A stretch of DNA of 64,000 nt from Callorhinchus milii (Eukaryota): the NCBI RefSeq assembly GCF_018977255.1, contig NW_024704742.1, forward strand, positions 87,298,001 through 87,362,000. Direction: 5' to 3'. Of this stretch, positions 1-13,858 are shown piece after piece. Below the pieces are notes generated by a model. It was given only the letters and a program-made list of their open reading frames with translations. It was not told where the DNA came from and did not search any database. The position numbers and the translations under genes were made by a program. Each line of letters opens with the position of its first letter. Position 1 is the first letter of the stretch.

Positions 1-3000
1 TGACCGAAGGCACGGTCAAAGAGGAGGATCTTGAAATGGTTTTGAAGGAGGCAGGGGAGGGAGCGAGACGAAAGGTCTGTGGGATGGAGTTCCAAAGGGT
101 AGGAGCAGAGAGGCTAAAGGTCTGACCGCTGATGGCGTAGTGGGCCAGGTAGGGGACAGGGCATATACAATACAAAATTACATTTGTATAGCGGCTTTCA
201 CGTTGGGAGGATGATATAAAGATTCATGGCAAAAGGCAAGTTCTTGATCCCTCAAAGATGGAATATTTTGGCTGTTTTGGGATATTGGATTATTTCTATT
301 GACCGTTTCCACTCCCAAACACCCATCGATCCCCTCCCGACAGCACAGGTTCCCAGTCAATTGTTTGAAGCACTTAGAGATGTCCTCCCAATATGAATAT
401 AACTGTAAATTGTTGTTGTCTGCTATCTCATTTGAAAAATGGTGGATGGCACAGGAGTGACGGAGCCTTCAACAACATGCAACTATCTTCCAAAGCTACT
501 TTTCCTTGTGATCGTTCCTCTCTCCCCCTCTCTTCAAGAATCTCCTTTATGAAAAATCTTTTCCACCAGACCTTTAGTTAAATATCTAAATCACTTCTAT
601 CCTTGCTCGCTGTCCACCAGTGTATATGTCAAGCACCTTGAGGTGTTCTTTCATGTGAAAGATAGATTAATAATCCTTACATTTGATGTAGCACTTTTCA
701 TGTCGGGAATACATCCCAAAAGCACTTCACAGGATTTACTGTAAAGTACAGAACTGTGTGTGTGTATGTGTTTTTGGGTGAATTCAGTAGCCAATTTGCA
801 CATCACAATGTTCCACAAACAGCAATGAAGTGAATGACCATTGATGTCAAAGAAATGCAAGCTGTTGTTGAATGATAGGGAGAGAATAAAAACAGAAATG
901 CTGGAAATAAACAGCATCCGATACAGAAAAATAGGTCAACACCTTGGGTACGGCTGTTCATTAAACTGCACAGCAGTGCAAGGCAGTGTGCAATTGTCTG
1001 CCGTATTTCGCCAACAGATCCAAAATCTCAAAACAGAGATGATTTCAATGTTCTGATGAACCTTCGAAAGAAGGTTTGGAGCCAAATTGGTAACCTGTCA
1101 TTCTCTTTCAGATGTTGAATGCCTTGATTTCCAGAGTGCATTTCCAGAGCTTCTGATTAGATTTCAAGCAATCCATTTCTTTCATTCTTTAGAATATCTT
1201 TTTCAGCTATTTTTGTCTGAGTTTCATTTCAGTCTTAAATATCTTATGTAAATTAAGTTTTTATGCAGTTTAGCTTCATTACCGAACCACCTTTCCATAG
1301 GTTAACAATTCTCCGTTAACGCAAAGTAGTTTCTCTTGTGTTAAACAAAATGAGTAATAATAATAATGATCTTTGCATTTGATGTAGCACCTTTTCACAT
1401 CGTTGAGACATCTCAAAGTGCTTCACAGAATTTAAGTTCATTGACTGTGTATTTTGTAGGTGAATGTGGCAGGCAATTTGTGCTCAGCAATGTCTCACAA
1501 ACAGCCATGAAGTTAAAGTTCAATTTTATCTGGGGATGGTTGACCAAGACACAAGGAGAAACTCCCTACTATTTTCGATTAGTGCCATGAGATGTTTCAT
1601 GTGCACCTGAAAAGGCCTGATTTAACATCTCACTCGAAGAACGTTGGCACCTCCAACGTGCACTGCAGCACTGAGGAACTTGTGTGTGTCTGTATGAAAT
1701 GGGTGAAAGATTGGTGGGTGGGGGAGGAAAGACAATCTATCTAACATTTAAACGATTGTATTTCTGAAATTATGGAATTTGCTTGCATTTCCTGAATGAT
1801 TCATCACATTGAAATCCAAATCATCAGTATAATTGTTAGCATATTTGGTCATCATCTTACCTATGTTACACACCACTAAAACTCTGCTGTTGAAAACACT
1901 GTGATTCATTTGTCCTTAAACCAGTTCTTAAACCTTTGACAGAATCTGGTACAATTCACTTCCAAATGGCTATCCAGTTTCATCTGAAATCACTCTATCT
2001 CTGCTGTGGTTGATGGTTCATTCTCTAACTAATTCCATCACATTAACGTCAAGGCTGTTTGTGGGACATTGCTGCAGTAATTGCAGTGTAAAAGCAAATG
2101 TTGCCAAATGCAGTAAATTACTTTGTATCACACTCTAATTTTGAATCCAACATTTGTCCGAAATGGCTCAACATGTTTCAGTGGAAGAAACCATACAGAT
2201 TATTAATAATAAATAATTCTTGCGTTTGATATAGTGCCTTATCACAGGGTCAAATTCTAAAAGAGCTTCTCAGGAATTATTGTAAAGTATTGTGACTGTG
2301 TATTGTTGACGAACACAGAAGCCAAATTGTGCACTGCCCCTGTATCCTGCAATACTTCTCAAGCAGATATTTATACAGTTATTTTGGTTATTTGGCACTA
2401 ACTGATGTATAATCAAGAGCTCTTGTTGAGTCCATTGAATACTAGAGGGGAAAATAAATGTTCAGCACATCAGAGGGAAGCAAACTACTATGCTTGGTGA
2501 GTGCTTCAGCAACTGAGGAGATGTGAGAAATAGATTTGAGATCTGAGGAAATACTGAGGCTATAAGTATCAATGCATGATTAACACTTAATAATCGGATC
2601 AGTGAAGCTTAAGAAGTGATAGCTGTTGCTCAGACTAACTGGAGACAAGAGAAACTGTGGGCAACAAATTTCTCTTGCAAGTAATGGCAATGATTTTGAC
2701 AGATCCCATTCTAACAACAACTTGCATTTATACAGAGTCCCTCATGCAGGGTAGTGTCTTAAAAAAATCCATAAACATTGCTAGCATTCATTGCAAAAGA
2801 AATCTATCATATTTATGAGGAATTGGGGTAAAAAAACAAGAATATCATTGTCTCATCAAAGGACACAGAAGAGATCACGATTTAGTGATTCACCTACTGC
2901 ACTGTGAGGACTGAAAGTTGTGCAGCCAATCTGGGGATGTTGCTGAATGTTGAGTGATATCACAAGAAAAGGATTGTATAGGATTGCAAGATAAGTGGAA

Positions 3001-3522
3001 GAGGCCATCGATGTGGAGAAGAAACAAAGTGAGAGAGAGAATAGGGCCCTGGAGCGCAGTAGGGTTGATGGAATTAGTCAGAGAATGAACCATCAACCAC
3101 AGCAGAGATAGAGTGATTTCAGATGAAATTGGATAGCATTGAATGTGATCCGTTTGGAAGGTCATTGTACCAGATCCGGTCAGAGGTTTAAGAACTGTCG
3201 AACAGAAGGACAAATGAATCAGTGTTTTCAACAGCAGAGTGTTAGTGGTGTGAAACATAGGCAAGATGATCACCAAGGGTATGCCCACAATTATACTGAT
3301 GCTTTGGGCCAGAGCTTTCAATATGATAGATCATTTAGGAGATGACAGCAAATTCCATAATTTCTGAAGTACAATCATTTGAAAGAAGAGATAGATTGTC
3401 TTTCCTACCCCACCCACCAAATTGTCACTTCCAATTTTGCACCATTGATTTTTCTTCTCCCTCCTACTGGAGTAAGGTTCTAATCTTCTCTGATACCTAA
3501 CCTAAGTGGCCATCATAAAATA

Positions 3523-4242
3523 CAGTGGAAGCCGGTTAAGCCGGACACACTGGAGACAACCATTTTGTCCGCCATAAGAGGTGTCCGAGATTAACCGAAA
3601 TACCATTCACTCTCAGCAGAGGAGCCCTGCCGACACTGTATAAAAATATATAATAATGTTGTTTCACTTGAAGTAACGTTAACTAACCAAAGAGGACAGG
3701 AAGTATTTTAACCTGGGTGTTAAAGTTAAAATATTCTTAAAGAATTCAGTAAAATATGTTTTGGCTGCAAAATATCTTCCCGCTCAGCAGAGGAATGTCA
3801 GCGCTTCCTCCTTCCCAATACCATTCCCATTAATTGGGAAGGGGACAATTTAGCAGCGGCGTTGAGGTGATTGACAGCCTGCAACCGCGTGTGAATGGAT
3901 GGGCACTCAACCATTCACAGACAGCTCCAGCTGTCATTGAATCGCAATTTGACTCCTCCCATTCCCTCCCTTGCTCTTCCCTGTTCCTCCGCCCCCTAAC
4001 TGATTGACAGCACAACTCCAGCCACTTGTTAATGGCTGGAGTCCGCTGTCAATCAATCTTAGACTCCTCCCATCTCTAAATGAGTACATTCAGCGGTGAC
4101 CAGCGCAGTTTTGACCATTAACTGGATTTTTGTCCGGCATATTTAGAACTAGTAAGAATACAAATGAATCAGGACTGGGTGTTTTGCTCTATTTACCTGG
4201 TGTCCAGGGTTAACTGGCGTCCATCTAAAGTGGATTCCACTG
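3523..4242. mobile_element. Non-autonomous Tc1/mariner (pogo/Tigger-like) DNA transposon remnant
   Basis: TA followed by CAGTGGAAGCCGGTTAAGCCGGACAC at left; reverse complement of the right end is CAGTGGAATCCACTTTAGATGGACGC; no transposase ORF. Confidence 0.7.
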
Positions 4243-6789
4243 GAATAATAATAATCCTTGCATTTGATATAGGGTTGTATTGTGTTGTAAATATGTCTCA
4301 AAGCATTTCACTGGATTGACTGTGTATTTTGTGTTTGTGAGACAATGCTGTGCAAAACACGGTTTGCACACAACAACTTGCATTTATATAGTGCCCCTCT
4401 GTAAGGTCCCACAAACAGCCATGAAATGAGTGACCACTTTTTTTTATTTGGGCAATTGTTGACGAGGACACCAGGAGAAACTCCCTTTTTCTGAATTGTG
4501 CCATGGGATCTTTAATGTCCACCTGAACATGCAGACGGGACCTCGGTTTAACATCTCATTCGAAGGACGGCACCTCTGATGATACAACACCCCCAGCACT
4601 GTATTGGAGTGTCAGCTTAGACAATGTGATTCCAAATCCCAACGTGGGGCTTGAACCCATAACTTCTGACTCAGAAGCGAGAGCGCGACTACTGTGCCAG
4701 GCTGGCACATTATTCATGTGTGAGCATCAACTGTTAGCATTACAGCCGTTTCCGATCCTGCACCCACCAGCTATCCACATAGACCCATAGACTATTTTTG
4801 CAGAGGTCTCTGGATAGCAATCAAGAGTGGTTAAACTGTGGGGTTGCACATCAGTTGTAGTGTCCACAGCTGATGCCCTGGTGAAATGAGGTATCAAAAC
4901 TCGGTTTGGGATTTAAAACTGCACCTTTCTGATCTATGAAGTTCAGTACTGTCATTGGCAGTGCATTTACCAGCTACTGGAAAATGTTGGGGGAGTTGAG
5001 ATTCCCATTCTTACACATAAGATGTAAGGTGAGCATGGAGTAGGATATGCCTGCGAAGACCATGAGAGCACATCTTTTAAGCTCTATGGGACGGATACAA
5101 TTGGGAATAGAGGCCTTATTTGACAACAGGTAAAGCAGCATCCGATTGACATGGTGGAGATGAATCATTGTCAGTGACAGTGATGGGATAGACTGGAGCA
5201 ATTGTGCCAAAATCATTAAGATTAGAGTTGCAGGAGAAAGGTGAAGTAGAGCTGGCATCTAAACCTCAGAATCGATTGACAAGTGGTGCAAAGCAAAACT
5301 TATGCATGTTTTACCCAAGGAACTAAAAGGAACAACTGGCAGAGAGGTGGGAAGGGAATGGTTAATCTCTTTCATCAAGTCACAACTGGGCAGTGGACAG
5401 TATACACAAACGTTTCATGTCATTGGATCGGCATCTTTAAAATTACAGATCACTGAAGGACATAAAAATAGCTCAGGCTGTTGGTACAGGAAGTGTGCTT
5501 TGATGTGTTTAATATAATGAAGTAATAGCCTGCCTGGAACATTTTGCTCTTCATTTTAACCGGTTTCTTGCTAACAACATTTCAACAGTAATACAGAACC
5601 TTGAGTGCAGCATGAATTTTTCTTTTTTAATAGATATATATATTATATATATGCATTATATGTACGCAGTTGGTGTATCAGCCTGACTCAGTTGGTAGCA
5701 CTCTCACCTCTGAGTCAGAAGGTTGTGGGTTCAAGCTCCATGTCGGGACCTGCATCCCATATAGTCCATTGCTGACATTCCAGTGCAGTGTTGGGAACAC
5801 TGCATTGAATGCAGACAGCGCTACTGACTTAATAGTTGTCCATACGATGTTGCCGGGTTACCAGCAAGTAGCATAACACCATAACCATAATAGTAACTGA
5901 AATAACCATAATAACCTTGATATTATTTGCAGAGAAATTTGAAGAAGTATTAATGATTTTGTCTTTGGTTGCATGAAGCGGAACTGGAGCAAGCGTTTAT
6001 CTATTTCTGCACTTGGTGTTCGTGTCTGACCTCCCGAGGTCTCTGAGGGGCACAGGAAAGGAAGCAGGCCGATAGCACTGCCAAATCTCCTGAAGAAAAC
6101 CTGCAAAATGTCAAATGATTTGAAATGGCTTTGAATATTTACAGATTTCTGCACCCTGCCTAGTGCAGCTTGTCTGTCCACTAAGAAATAATTAGTTGTC
6201 CAAAAACAGCATTGCTGCAATGGGCAGTATAGAAACAATCAAAGTTCGATAACTTCAGCCCCCATTCGGTATTAAACACCTTGAGTTAGGGTATTAAATT
6301 TGATCAGTACATTGATTGTTGATTTAACTCAGGATTAACCTTAGGTAAGTTTCTTTACTTCACACCCTCTGTTTACCTAGCAGTACGTTTAAGTGCTACG
6401 GGACTTTACCCCACGTGAAGGACGCAATATAAATGCAATTTGTTGTGGTGGTTGTTGTAAGTAGGAACCCAGTTGTTCGTCAATTGGTGGATTGTTTACT
6501 CAAAAAAACAAATTTGGTCACTCAATCCACAACTGTTTGTGGGGTGCTGCCTTGCGCAGTTAGCTGCTGCATTTCACCCACAAAATGCACAGTTAATCCA
6601 CTTTACTATATATTCTGCGCTGGACTTTGACATGTCTCAACAGCATGATAAGGTACTATAGCAAATGTAAGGATTATTATTATTAATAACCAAAAGCTAT
6701 TTTACTTTTGGTTATTAATAATAATTTTAGTGATGAAGAATCACCCTTTATGGATGCATGAATGCACTCTACACCTCATGGAGCCAATA

Positions 6790-7472
6790 CGGAACATCTG
6801 TTTGACCCTCAACTATCCTTCATCCCCCACATCCGTGCCATGATCCGCTCTGCTTTTCCCCACCTCCGCAAAATTGCCCAGCTCTGCCACTGTCTCTCAC
6901 CTCAGGCCACCAAGACCCTCATCCACGCATTCATCACATCCAGGCTCGACTACACCAACTCCTTATTTGTCGGCCTCCCAAATTCCTTCCTCCACAGCAC
7001 CAGGCTCCGCGATCCTATCACCCTTATCCTCGCCTGGCTTCACTGGCTCCCCATCACTCAGAGGATACAATTTAAGATCCTGGTCCTTGCCTTCAAAGCT
7101 CTCCATTACCTTGATCCTACTCACGTCTGTGACCTCCAACCTGTCCGCTCCCTCTGTTCAGCGGGCTCTGGCCTGCTTCACATCCCCCTCCTTGCCCGCC
7201 CCACCATTGGCAGGCAGGCCTTCAGCCTCTCTGCACCCACTTTCTGGAACTCCATCCCACAATCCCTCCACCTCACCCCCTTCCTTGCCTCCTTCAAGAC
7301 CCTTTTCAAGACTCTCCTCTTCAACCTTGCTTTCAGTCACCCTCCTACACCTGCCCTCCCTCCACCCCTCCTGATTCTAACTACCAGCTTGGGTGTGGAT
7401 CCCTGACTGTCCAATGCCTTGGGACGTCCTCCTGACATGAAAGGCCCTATACAAATGTAAGTTGTTGTTGTT
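6790..7472 (+). mobile_element. L2-clade LINE 3' fragment
   Basis: ORF 6762..7406: HAFITSRLDYTNSL.GLP, LHWLPI.QRI.FKIL, FS..APTFWNS; (TTG)n tail. Confidence 0.9.
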
Positions 7473-8474
7473 TACGCTGGAGTAAGAGTTTTATTTTCAA
7501 ATGATTAACTGCATAGCTTTAAAATCCAACGTACAAGCAAATAACTGTTATGAACCGGACAGGGTTTTCTCAAAAATGTCACACATGCTTGTTTTCTTCT
7601 TCTTTCTGTCCAAGCTCTCCAGCATTATGCTTTTTTTTCGGTGGTGGCGGGGGCGGGTGGGGGCGGGACCTTTATTTACAGATCTGGCAGCTTAGTCTGA
7701 CACAGCTTGCAAGACAATACTGCAAAGGTTTGGCGCCCAGGAAGGTTCTGCATCTGTGCAGTTTTTCCATGGAGTAATCTGTGATCTGACTGTAATTTGC
7801 ATAGTTGTGTGTGTGTTCCTCAGTGCAGTCAATAAATGACCTGGGAGGGAGGGAGGTAACATTCCAAACCAGCTATTTTAAGCATTGTTGCTGTTTGTGC
7901 ATTTTCTTGGAGGAGCAACTTAGCGACAGGAAACGCCAGCCTAAATACAGTACTATCGTTGGTCTTTAATTGATTTCTTCCAGAGCTTGTCTCATTTATG
8001 ACTAACATTGCAGCCATCTCAATACGGTAGTGCAAGAAAAATCCTGGGAAAAATAAATCTGAAGGATTTATTTGCTTTGTGAGCTAGCTGCAACAACAAC
8101 AGTAGATTCTTGCATTTATATCGTGTCTTTCACTCAGGATTGTGTCTCAGAATGCTGGTAATTACTAATATTTTACTGATTTTTTCCCACATAAAAACAA
8201 GGCTTTGAGCAAAATAGGTCAAATGATCTATGTCATCTGAGGTGGTAGATTTTGGTAGAACGAATAAGGAAGTCACATACATCCTGGAAAATAAAAACCT
8301 AAATGGGGTAGAGGAACAAAGGGATTTTACAGTACAAATAGACTGTAATCCTTGGTTAGTATGAAAGCCAGTCTATTGATGAGATAACAAACTGGTCATC
8401 AGGCGTTGTGGATGGTTTAATAAACTGTTCAATGTATGCTGTGTAGATTGTGTTACAGTACAAATACTGTCATA

Positions 8475-9275
8475 GGAAGATACATTTGAATATACAGCAC
8501 AGAAACAGACCATTCGGCTCAACTGGTCTATGCCGGTGTTTATGCTCCACATGAGCCTCCTCCTGCTCTCCCTCAACTAAGCCTTCAAGCATAACCTTCA
8601 ATTCCTTTCTCCCTCATGTACCTATCTAGCTTTCTCTTAAATACATCTGTGCTATTTGCCTCAACAACCCCTTGTGGTAGCGTGTTCCATATTCCCACTA
8701 CTCTCTGTGTGAAGAAATTTCTTCTAATTTCCCTATTTGATCTATTTGTGACTATTTTATATTGATGGCCCCTGGTTTTGGTCTCCCCCACAAGTGGAAA
8801 CATCTTCCCTATATCTACCCTATCAAAACCTTTCATAATCCTGAAGACCTCTACCAGGTCACCCCTTACCCTCCTCTTTTGAAGAGAAAAGAGTCCAAGC
8901 ATGTTCAGCCTTTCCTGATGGGTATAACCTCTCAGTTCTGGGATCATCTTTGTGAATCTCCTTTGCACCCTCTCCAGTGCCTCTACATCTCTTCTGTAAT
9001 GTGGGGACCAGAACTGCACACAGTATTCTAAGTGTGGTCTAACCGAGGTTCTATAGAAGTTTACCATAACTTCCCTGTTTTTCATTTCTATCCCTCTAGA
9101 AATGAACCCCAATGCCTGGTTTGCCTTTTTTATGGCCTTATTAACCTGCGTTGCTACTCTTAGTGAATTGTGTATGTGTACCCCTAGGACCCTTTGCTCC
9201 TCTACCCCTTTTAGATTTTTATTTTCCAGGATGTATGTGACTTCCTTATTCGTTCTACCAACATCTACCACCTCA
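8475..9275 (-). mobile_element. CR1 LINE, 5'-truncated 3' end
   Basis: ORF 8585..9283: [43 protein letters not shown], followed by CR1-type 3' UTR. Confidence 0.93.
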
Positions 9276-10907
9276 GATGACATAGATCAGCAGAGCATCA
9301 TCACAAAGGGCAAGGTGTCCTGGTGAGACATTGTTTAACCAAATACCAATCTAATGAAGAAATAAAATCATGCTCAGATCCTCAGACAAAAAAACTCAAT
9401 TCTGAAACTCAATCATGTTCTTGTTGATACTGCACTGGCCTGATAGAACCACCAATGGCAAGTTGGGCAGTTCAAAGAAAAGGGAATTCTCTGAATTTTC
9501 CCTGCGCGCATTCATTTTCAGAAATGTCACAGTGCTGAAAAAATCAGAGCTTCAGAGCTGAATTCCAGCTCCGCCACTGTTAAGCACCCCGTAAGAAGGA
9601 TGCTATATAAATGTAAGTTGTTGTTGTTGAACATTTTAAATACCTGTAGTTTACAGAAGCACTTGTCTTTGAGGTGTATGCCTGCTGGGCAAGAAGTGAT
9701 GCTTGTGACGATCTAATCACCTGGATGTCAACTATTTTGGTTTCTTGCGCCCTAAAAATGTCTGACTTCCTGATAATGAGGTCACTGGCTACGACATGTC
9801 CTGCACAGTTAACATGATCCAGAACTCAGCCACATTTTCAGTGCGTGGGAGCTGGGCGGCAGTGGAAAGTAATCACCTGATTGTACACAAGTGCAGGGAA
9901 CCTGGCTATTGCGGTCCTGTTATAGCACTGGTTGGGATTTATTTTGATTCCAAACATTACCTTATAACCTGTATACTGTATTAAAAATATCTACAGGAGG
10001 ATCTGTCTATTTTTTAAAGAAGAAAGGTTGAATTAAATTAGGTCAATTTAATGGTATATTCAAATTTACCATCTGGGAGGGAAACTGCTTGAGTCATATT
10101 TGACGTAAATATTTTTAATTTACTTAAATATGATTAAGCTGGTTTCTGGCCTAACCCTTTCTTCTCAAACTTTCACCCACAAAATATACAATCAATTCAC
10201 TTTACAGTGTATTCTGTGAAGCGCTTTGAGATGTCTTGAAGATGTGATAAAGCGCTATATCAAATGCAATGATTATTATTATTAACCTTCTCAATGGGAT
10301 CAACCATAAAGCCAGGTCAGAGGTCTGAAGTTGTAAATCACGCCTACCAGACAGTGGGATCACTTTTTTTACTCTGAGGTTTTTAGTTTAAAAAACGCCA
10401 GCAACCTACAAGCAGAATGCTGATCTTGGCTCCATGGACATGACCTCAGACATACATCCATCTACCTTCTGATGTGAGCAATTTTGAATCCATCATTAAA
10501 ATTGATCCCATTGTGATAGTGTAAATCGTATTGAAATGCAATCCCTCACTTGAATTACATTCAATACATACATCTGAAAAAATGCTGTACTCTGTCCAGC
10601 GCCTTGGGAAGTCCTCCCAACGTGAAAGGCGCTATTACAAATGTAATCTTGTTGTTGTTGTACATGCCTGATTATGATAAAAGGAATTACAGTCACTTCT
10701 CCCTCCACTCCTTCCAAAACAACTACAAACAATTTGCCAGATATATCCTTCAGGATCTCTCTGTGAAATGCACTACACAGTTCACCAACAAAATACACAG
10801 TCAGCATACTTTACAGTAAATCCTGTGAAGCACTTTGAGACATCCTCCCAGTGGGAAGGGCACTACTTCAAATGCAAGTATTGATATTAATCTGATTATA
10901 TGCAATA

Positions 10908-11405
10908 CAACAACAACAACAAGATTCCATTTATAAAGCGCCTTTCACGTCAGGAGGACGTCCCAAGGCGCTGCACAGTTGGGTCATGACCCGAGCAGGG
11001 GGGAAATGGTCAGGGTGAGGGGAGGGAAGGGAGGGAGCGAGGAGGGGGGAAATGGTCAGGGTAAGGGGAGGGAAGGGAGGGAGCGAGGAGGGGGAAGAGA
11101 GTCGAGAGGGGAGCTGAAGACTCGGTCAAAGAGAAAGGTTTTGAGACCGGCCTTGAAGGAGGAAAGGGAGGAAGCGGCGAAGGCACTGGGGGATAGAGTT
11201 CCAGAGCCTGGGGGCTGAGAGGCTGAAGGCCCGACCACCGATGGTAGGGCGATTGGGGCGGGGGACGTGGAGCAGACCGGAGCCAGAGGAACGGAGGGTA
11301 CGGGCAGGTAGGTAGGGGGATAGTAGGTCGGAGAGGTAGGAGGGAGCAAGGCCATGAATGGCCTTGTAGGTGAGGATGAGGATCTTGAAATCAATCCTCT
11401 GGGGG
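10908..11405 (-). mobile_element. L2-clade LINE 3' end with an internal ~46-bp tandem duplication (10998-11089)
   Basis: SFKAGLKTFLFDR frame, (CAA)n tail, duplicated GGGGGAAATGGTCAGGGT(G/A)AGGGGAGGGAAGGGAGGGAGCGAGGA. Confidence 0.85.
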
Positions 11406-11689
11406 ATTCACATATACAATTCACATTTATATAGAGTATAAGAATTTATTCACCCTGGGACTCCATTCTGACGTTGGAAGAGTCCTGCTTCAATCACATA
11501 AAAGGGAGTGGAATTTAATACTCCATAAAGTACAGTAAAAGAAACTTCTGTTTAGCTCCTCAGTACTCTTCACATGCAATTTACTCTGTCATATTCAGTA
11601 TCTTGGTAAATTGTGCTTTTATTCTATGTATTCATTAGCTTGGCCCTGTTGGTGTCACTCTTACCTCCACATCTAGCTCTACATACGAA

Positions 11690-12090
11690 TAAACGCAAGG
11701 GTTCTACAAAAAAGAAGTAAGAATAGAAAACACATGTACTCCATGGATGGAATTGAATTCGTCAAAGGGGAAGCTAAAAGAGAACTGGGGGTGTTAGTTG
11801 ACTCATCAATCACCATGTCAAAACAATGTGAGGCAACAATAAACAAGGAAAAGAGAATGCAGGGCTATGTTACGAAATCAGTTGAGTTTAGATCTCCAGA
11901 TGTCACAGTCAGGCTGCAAAATGCTCTGGTCAGGCCTCACCAAGAGTATAGCATACAGTTCTGGTCACTGCTACATAAGGGGGCTCTCCAGTCCAAGAGA
12001 GAGTGTAGAGGAGAGCAATGAGGATCACCCCACTGTGAGAGGAATGAGCTATGAGCAACAAATGTTGCTCATAGCTCAGGACAAGCTAGT
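11690..12090 (+). mobile_element. Degenerate CR1 ORF2 fragment
   Basis: ORF 11734..12021: RELGVLVD, ALVRPHQEYSIQFWS. Confidence 0.8.
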
Positions 12091-12124
12091 GCTCTTCAGT
12101 CGTGAGGGGATGTTAAAACGGTGT

Positions 12125-13858
12125 AATAATAATAATCCTTGTATTTGATATAGCTTTTTTCACGTCTTCTAGACGTCTCAAAGCGCTTCACACAATATAC
12201 TATAAGGTGAATTGACTGTAAATTTTGTTGGCGAAATGCAACAGCCAATTGCCCATAGCAGTGTCCTACAGACAGTCGTGGATTGAAGTGACTAATTTTT
12301 TTTGAAGGAATTATTAGCCCTGGAAAAGCGATCTGACAATCAATCAAAAAATGGGTTCCTACTTACTGCTAGGTAAACAGTGACGTGTGGAGTAAGGAAA
12401 CTTGCTGGGAATCAAACCCAGGTCTAGAGAGAGTGCTCTAACCACTGAGCTACAGGTCTCCACTTTGATACTTCAGATCAGACAAAACTTTCTTTGAACC
12501 TGTGACTTAAATAAGAAGCTGGATTTGCTATGACAACAGAGCATCGGGAGTTACAATGACCTGCCCTGATTTACATAAAGGGCCCACAGGGACACAATGG
12601 ATTTTAATATGATTTTGACCTTGGACAGATGGTTTCTATCTAAAGTCAAATTTACTAATAAAGCTAGTGAAACACTATTTTACACCACATGGTCATTGAG
12701 TGCAAATCAAAATGAGTTAGTCTAACTTTGGGGGTGAGAAACGTAATGTTAAAATAAGAGTTCCAAAATGAGTCAATAATTATTGAAAAGCCAATCTTTA
12801 ACAACAAGTTGCATTTGTTTCACCCCTTCCCTCCTTCAAGGCCCATCTCAAGACTTTCCCCTTTGACCACGCCTTAGGTTATCTTCCTACCATTATCCCC
12901 TTTCCCCCACCCTTCTTGAATCCAGCCCCCAACTTGGGTTCAAATCCTAGACTGTCCAGAGCCTTGAGACATCCTCCCAATGTGAAATAATAATCCTTGC
13001 ATTTGATATGGCGCTTTTCACGTCAGGAGGACGTCCCAAAGCGCTTCACAGAACACACTGTAAAGTGAATTGACTGTATATTTGTGGGCGAACGCGGCAG
13101 CCAATTGCGCACAGCAATGTCCCACAAACAGTCGTAGATTGAAAATGACCAATTTTTTTTTATTATTGTTTTTGGTTTTGGAGGGCACCATATAAATGTA
13201 ATTTGTTGTTGTTGTTGTTGTACAAAAGATAATGGCAATACACAGCATTTGGCCCACAAAACATGTTGTACAATGAGTTAGTACAATCCAGGTCACTCTG
13301 AGATTACCAAAGATACTGAATGAAAATGAAGTTCTTCCCCAGACAGAAGGAAAAATGATCTGATGGCAAATCAAGTTATCCTAAACCTTTGCATTTCCTG
13401 TCACCTGGTTTCAGACTTCCAATGTTAGATAATGTGGAGGGAATAACCTCCAAATGCAAATAAATTATCTCCCCCTCCCCAGCAAAGTTTTTCTTATTTT
13501 ATTTATCATATTTTTATTTCATTTATTTAACTCTTGGATTGACTATATGTACCGCAACATTCTTCCCTCGTTCTGTGCAAACTGGGCAGGGACCATAAAG
13601 AAAAAATATAGAAGAATTCTATAAAACACATAAAATCAAAAGAATAGTTAAAGAAAAAGTATGACTAGTTAGAAATGAAATGGGAAATTCAGTCATAGAA
13701 AATTAACGTATGCAGGGATACAGAATGAGTATTTCTCCTTAATTTTTACAGAAGTGAGTGGTACTGAGACATTTTGTGTATCAGAGGGGTGTGTGCAGCA
13801 ATTAGAATGGATCGCTGTAGAAAAGGAAGGGATGCTTAATAAACTGATGAAACTCAAA
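12125..13858. repeat. Inverted duplication, left arm (partner 24715-26260)
   Basis: Reverse complement aligns to 24715-26260 across non-TE, SINE, L2 and CR1 pieces; ORFs 13018..13374(-) and 25166..25489(+) share near-identical text. Confidence 0.95.

Noticed and set aside
8585..9283. 232-aa ORF (also 6762..7406 and 52855..53340) as host genes
   Set aside because: Truncated CR1/L2 ORF2 pieces lacking the endonuclease and most or all of the RT.
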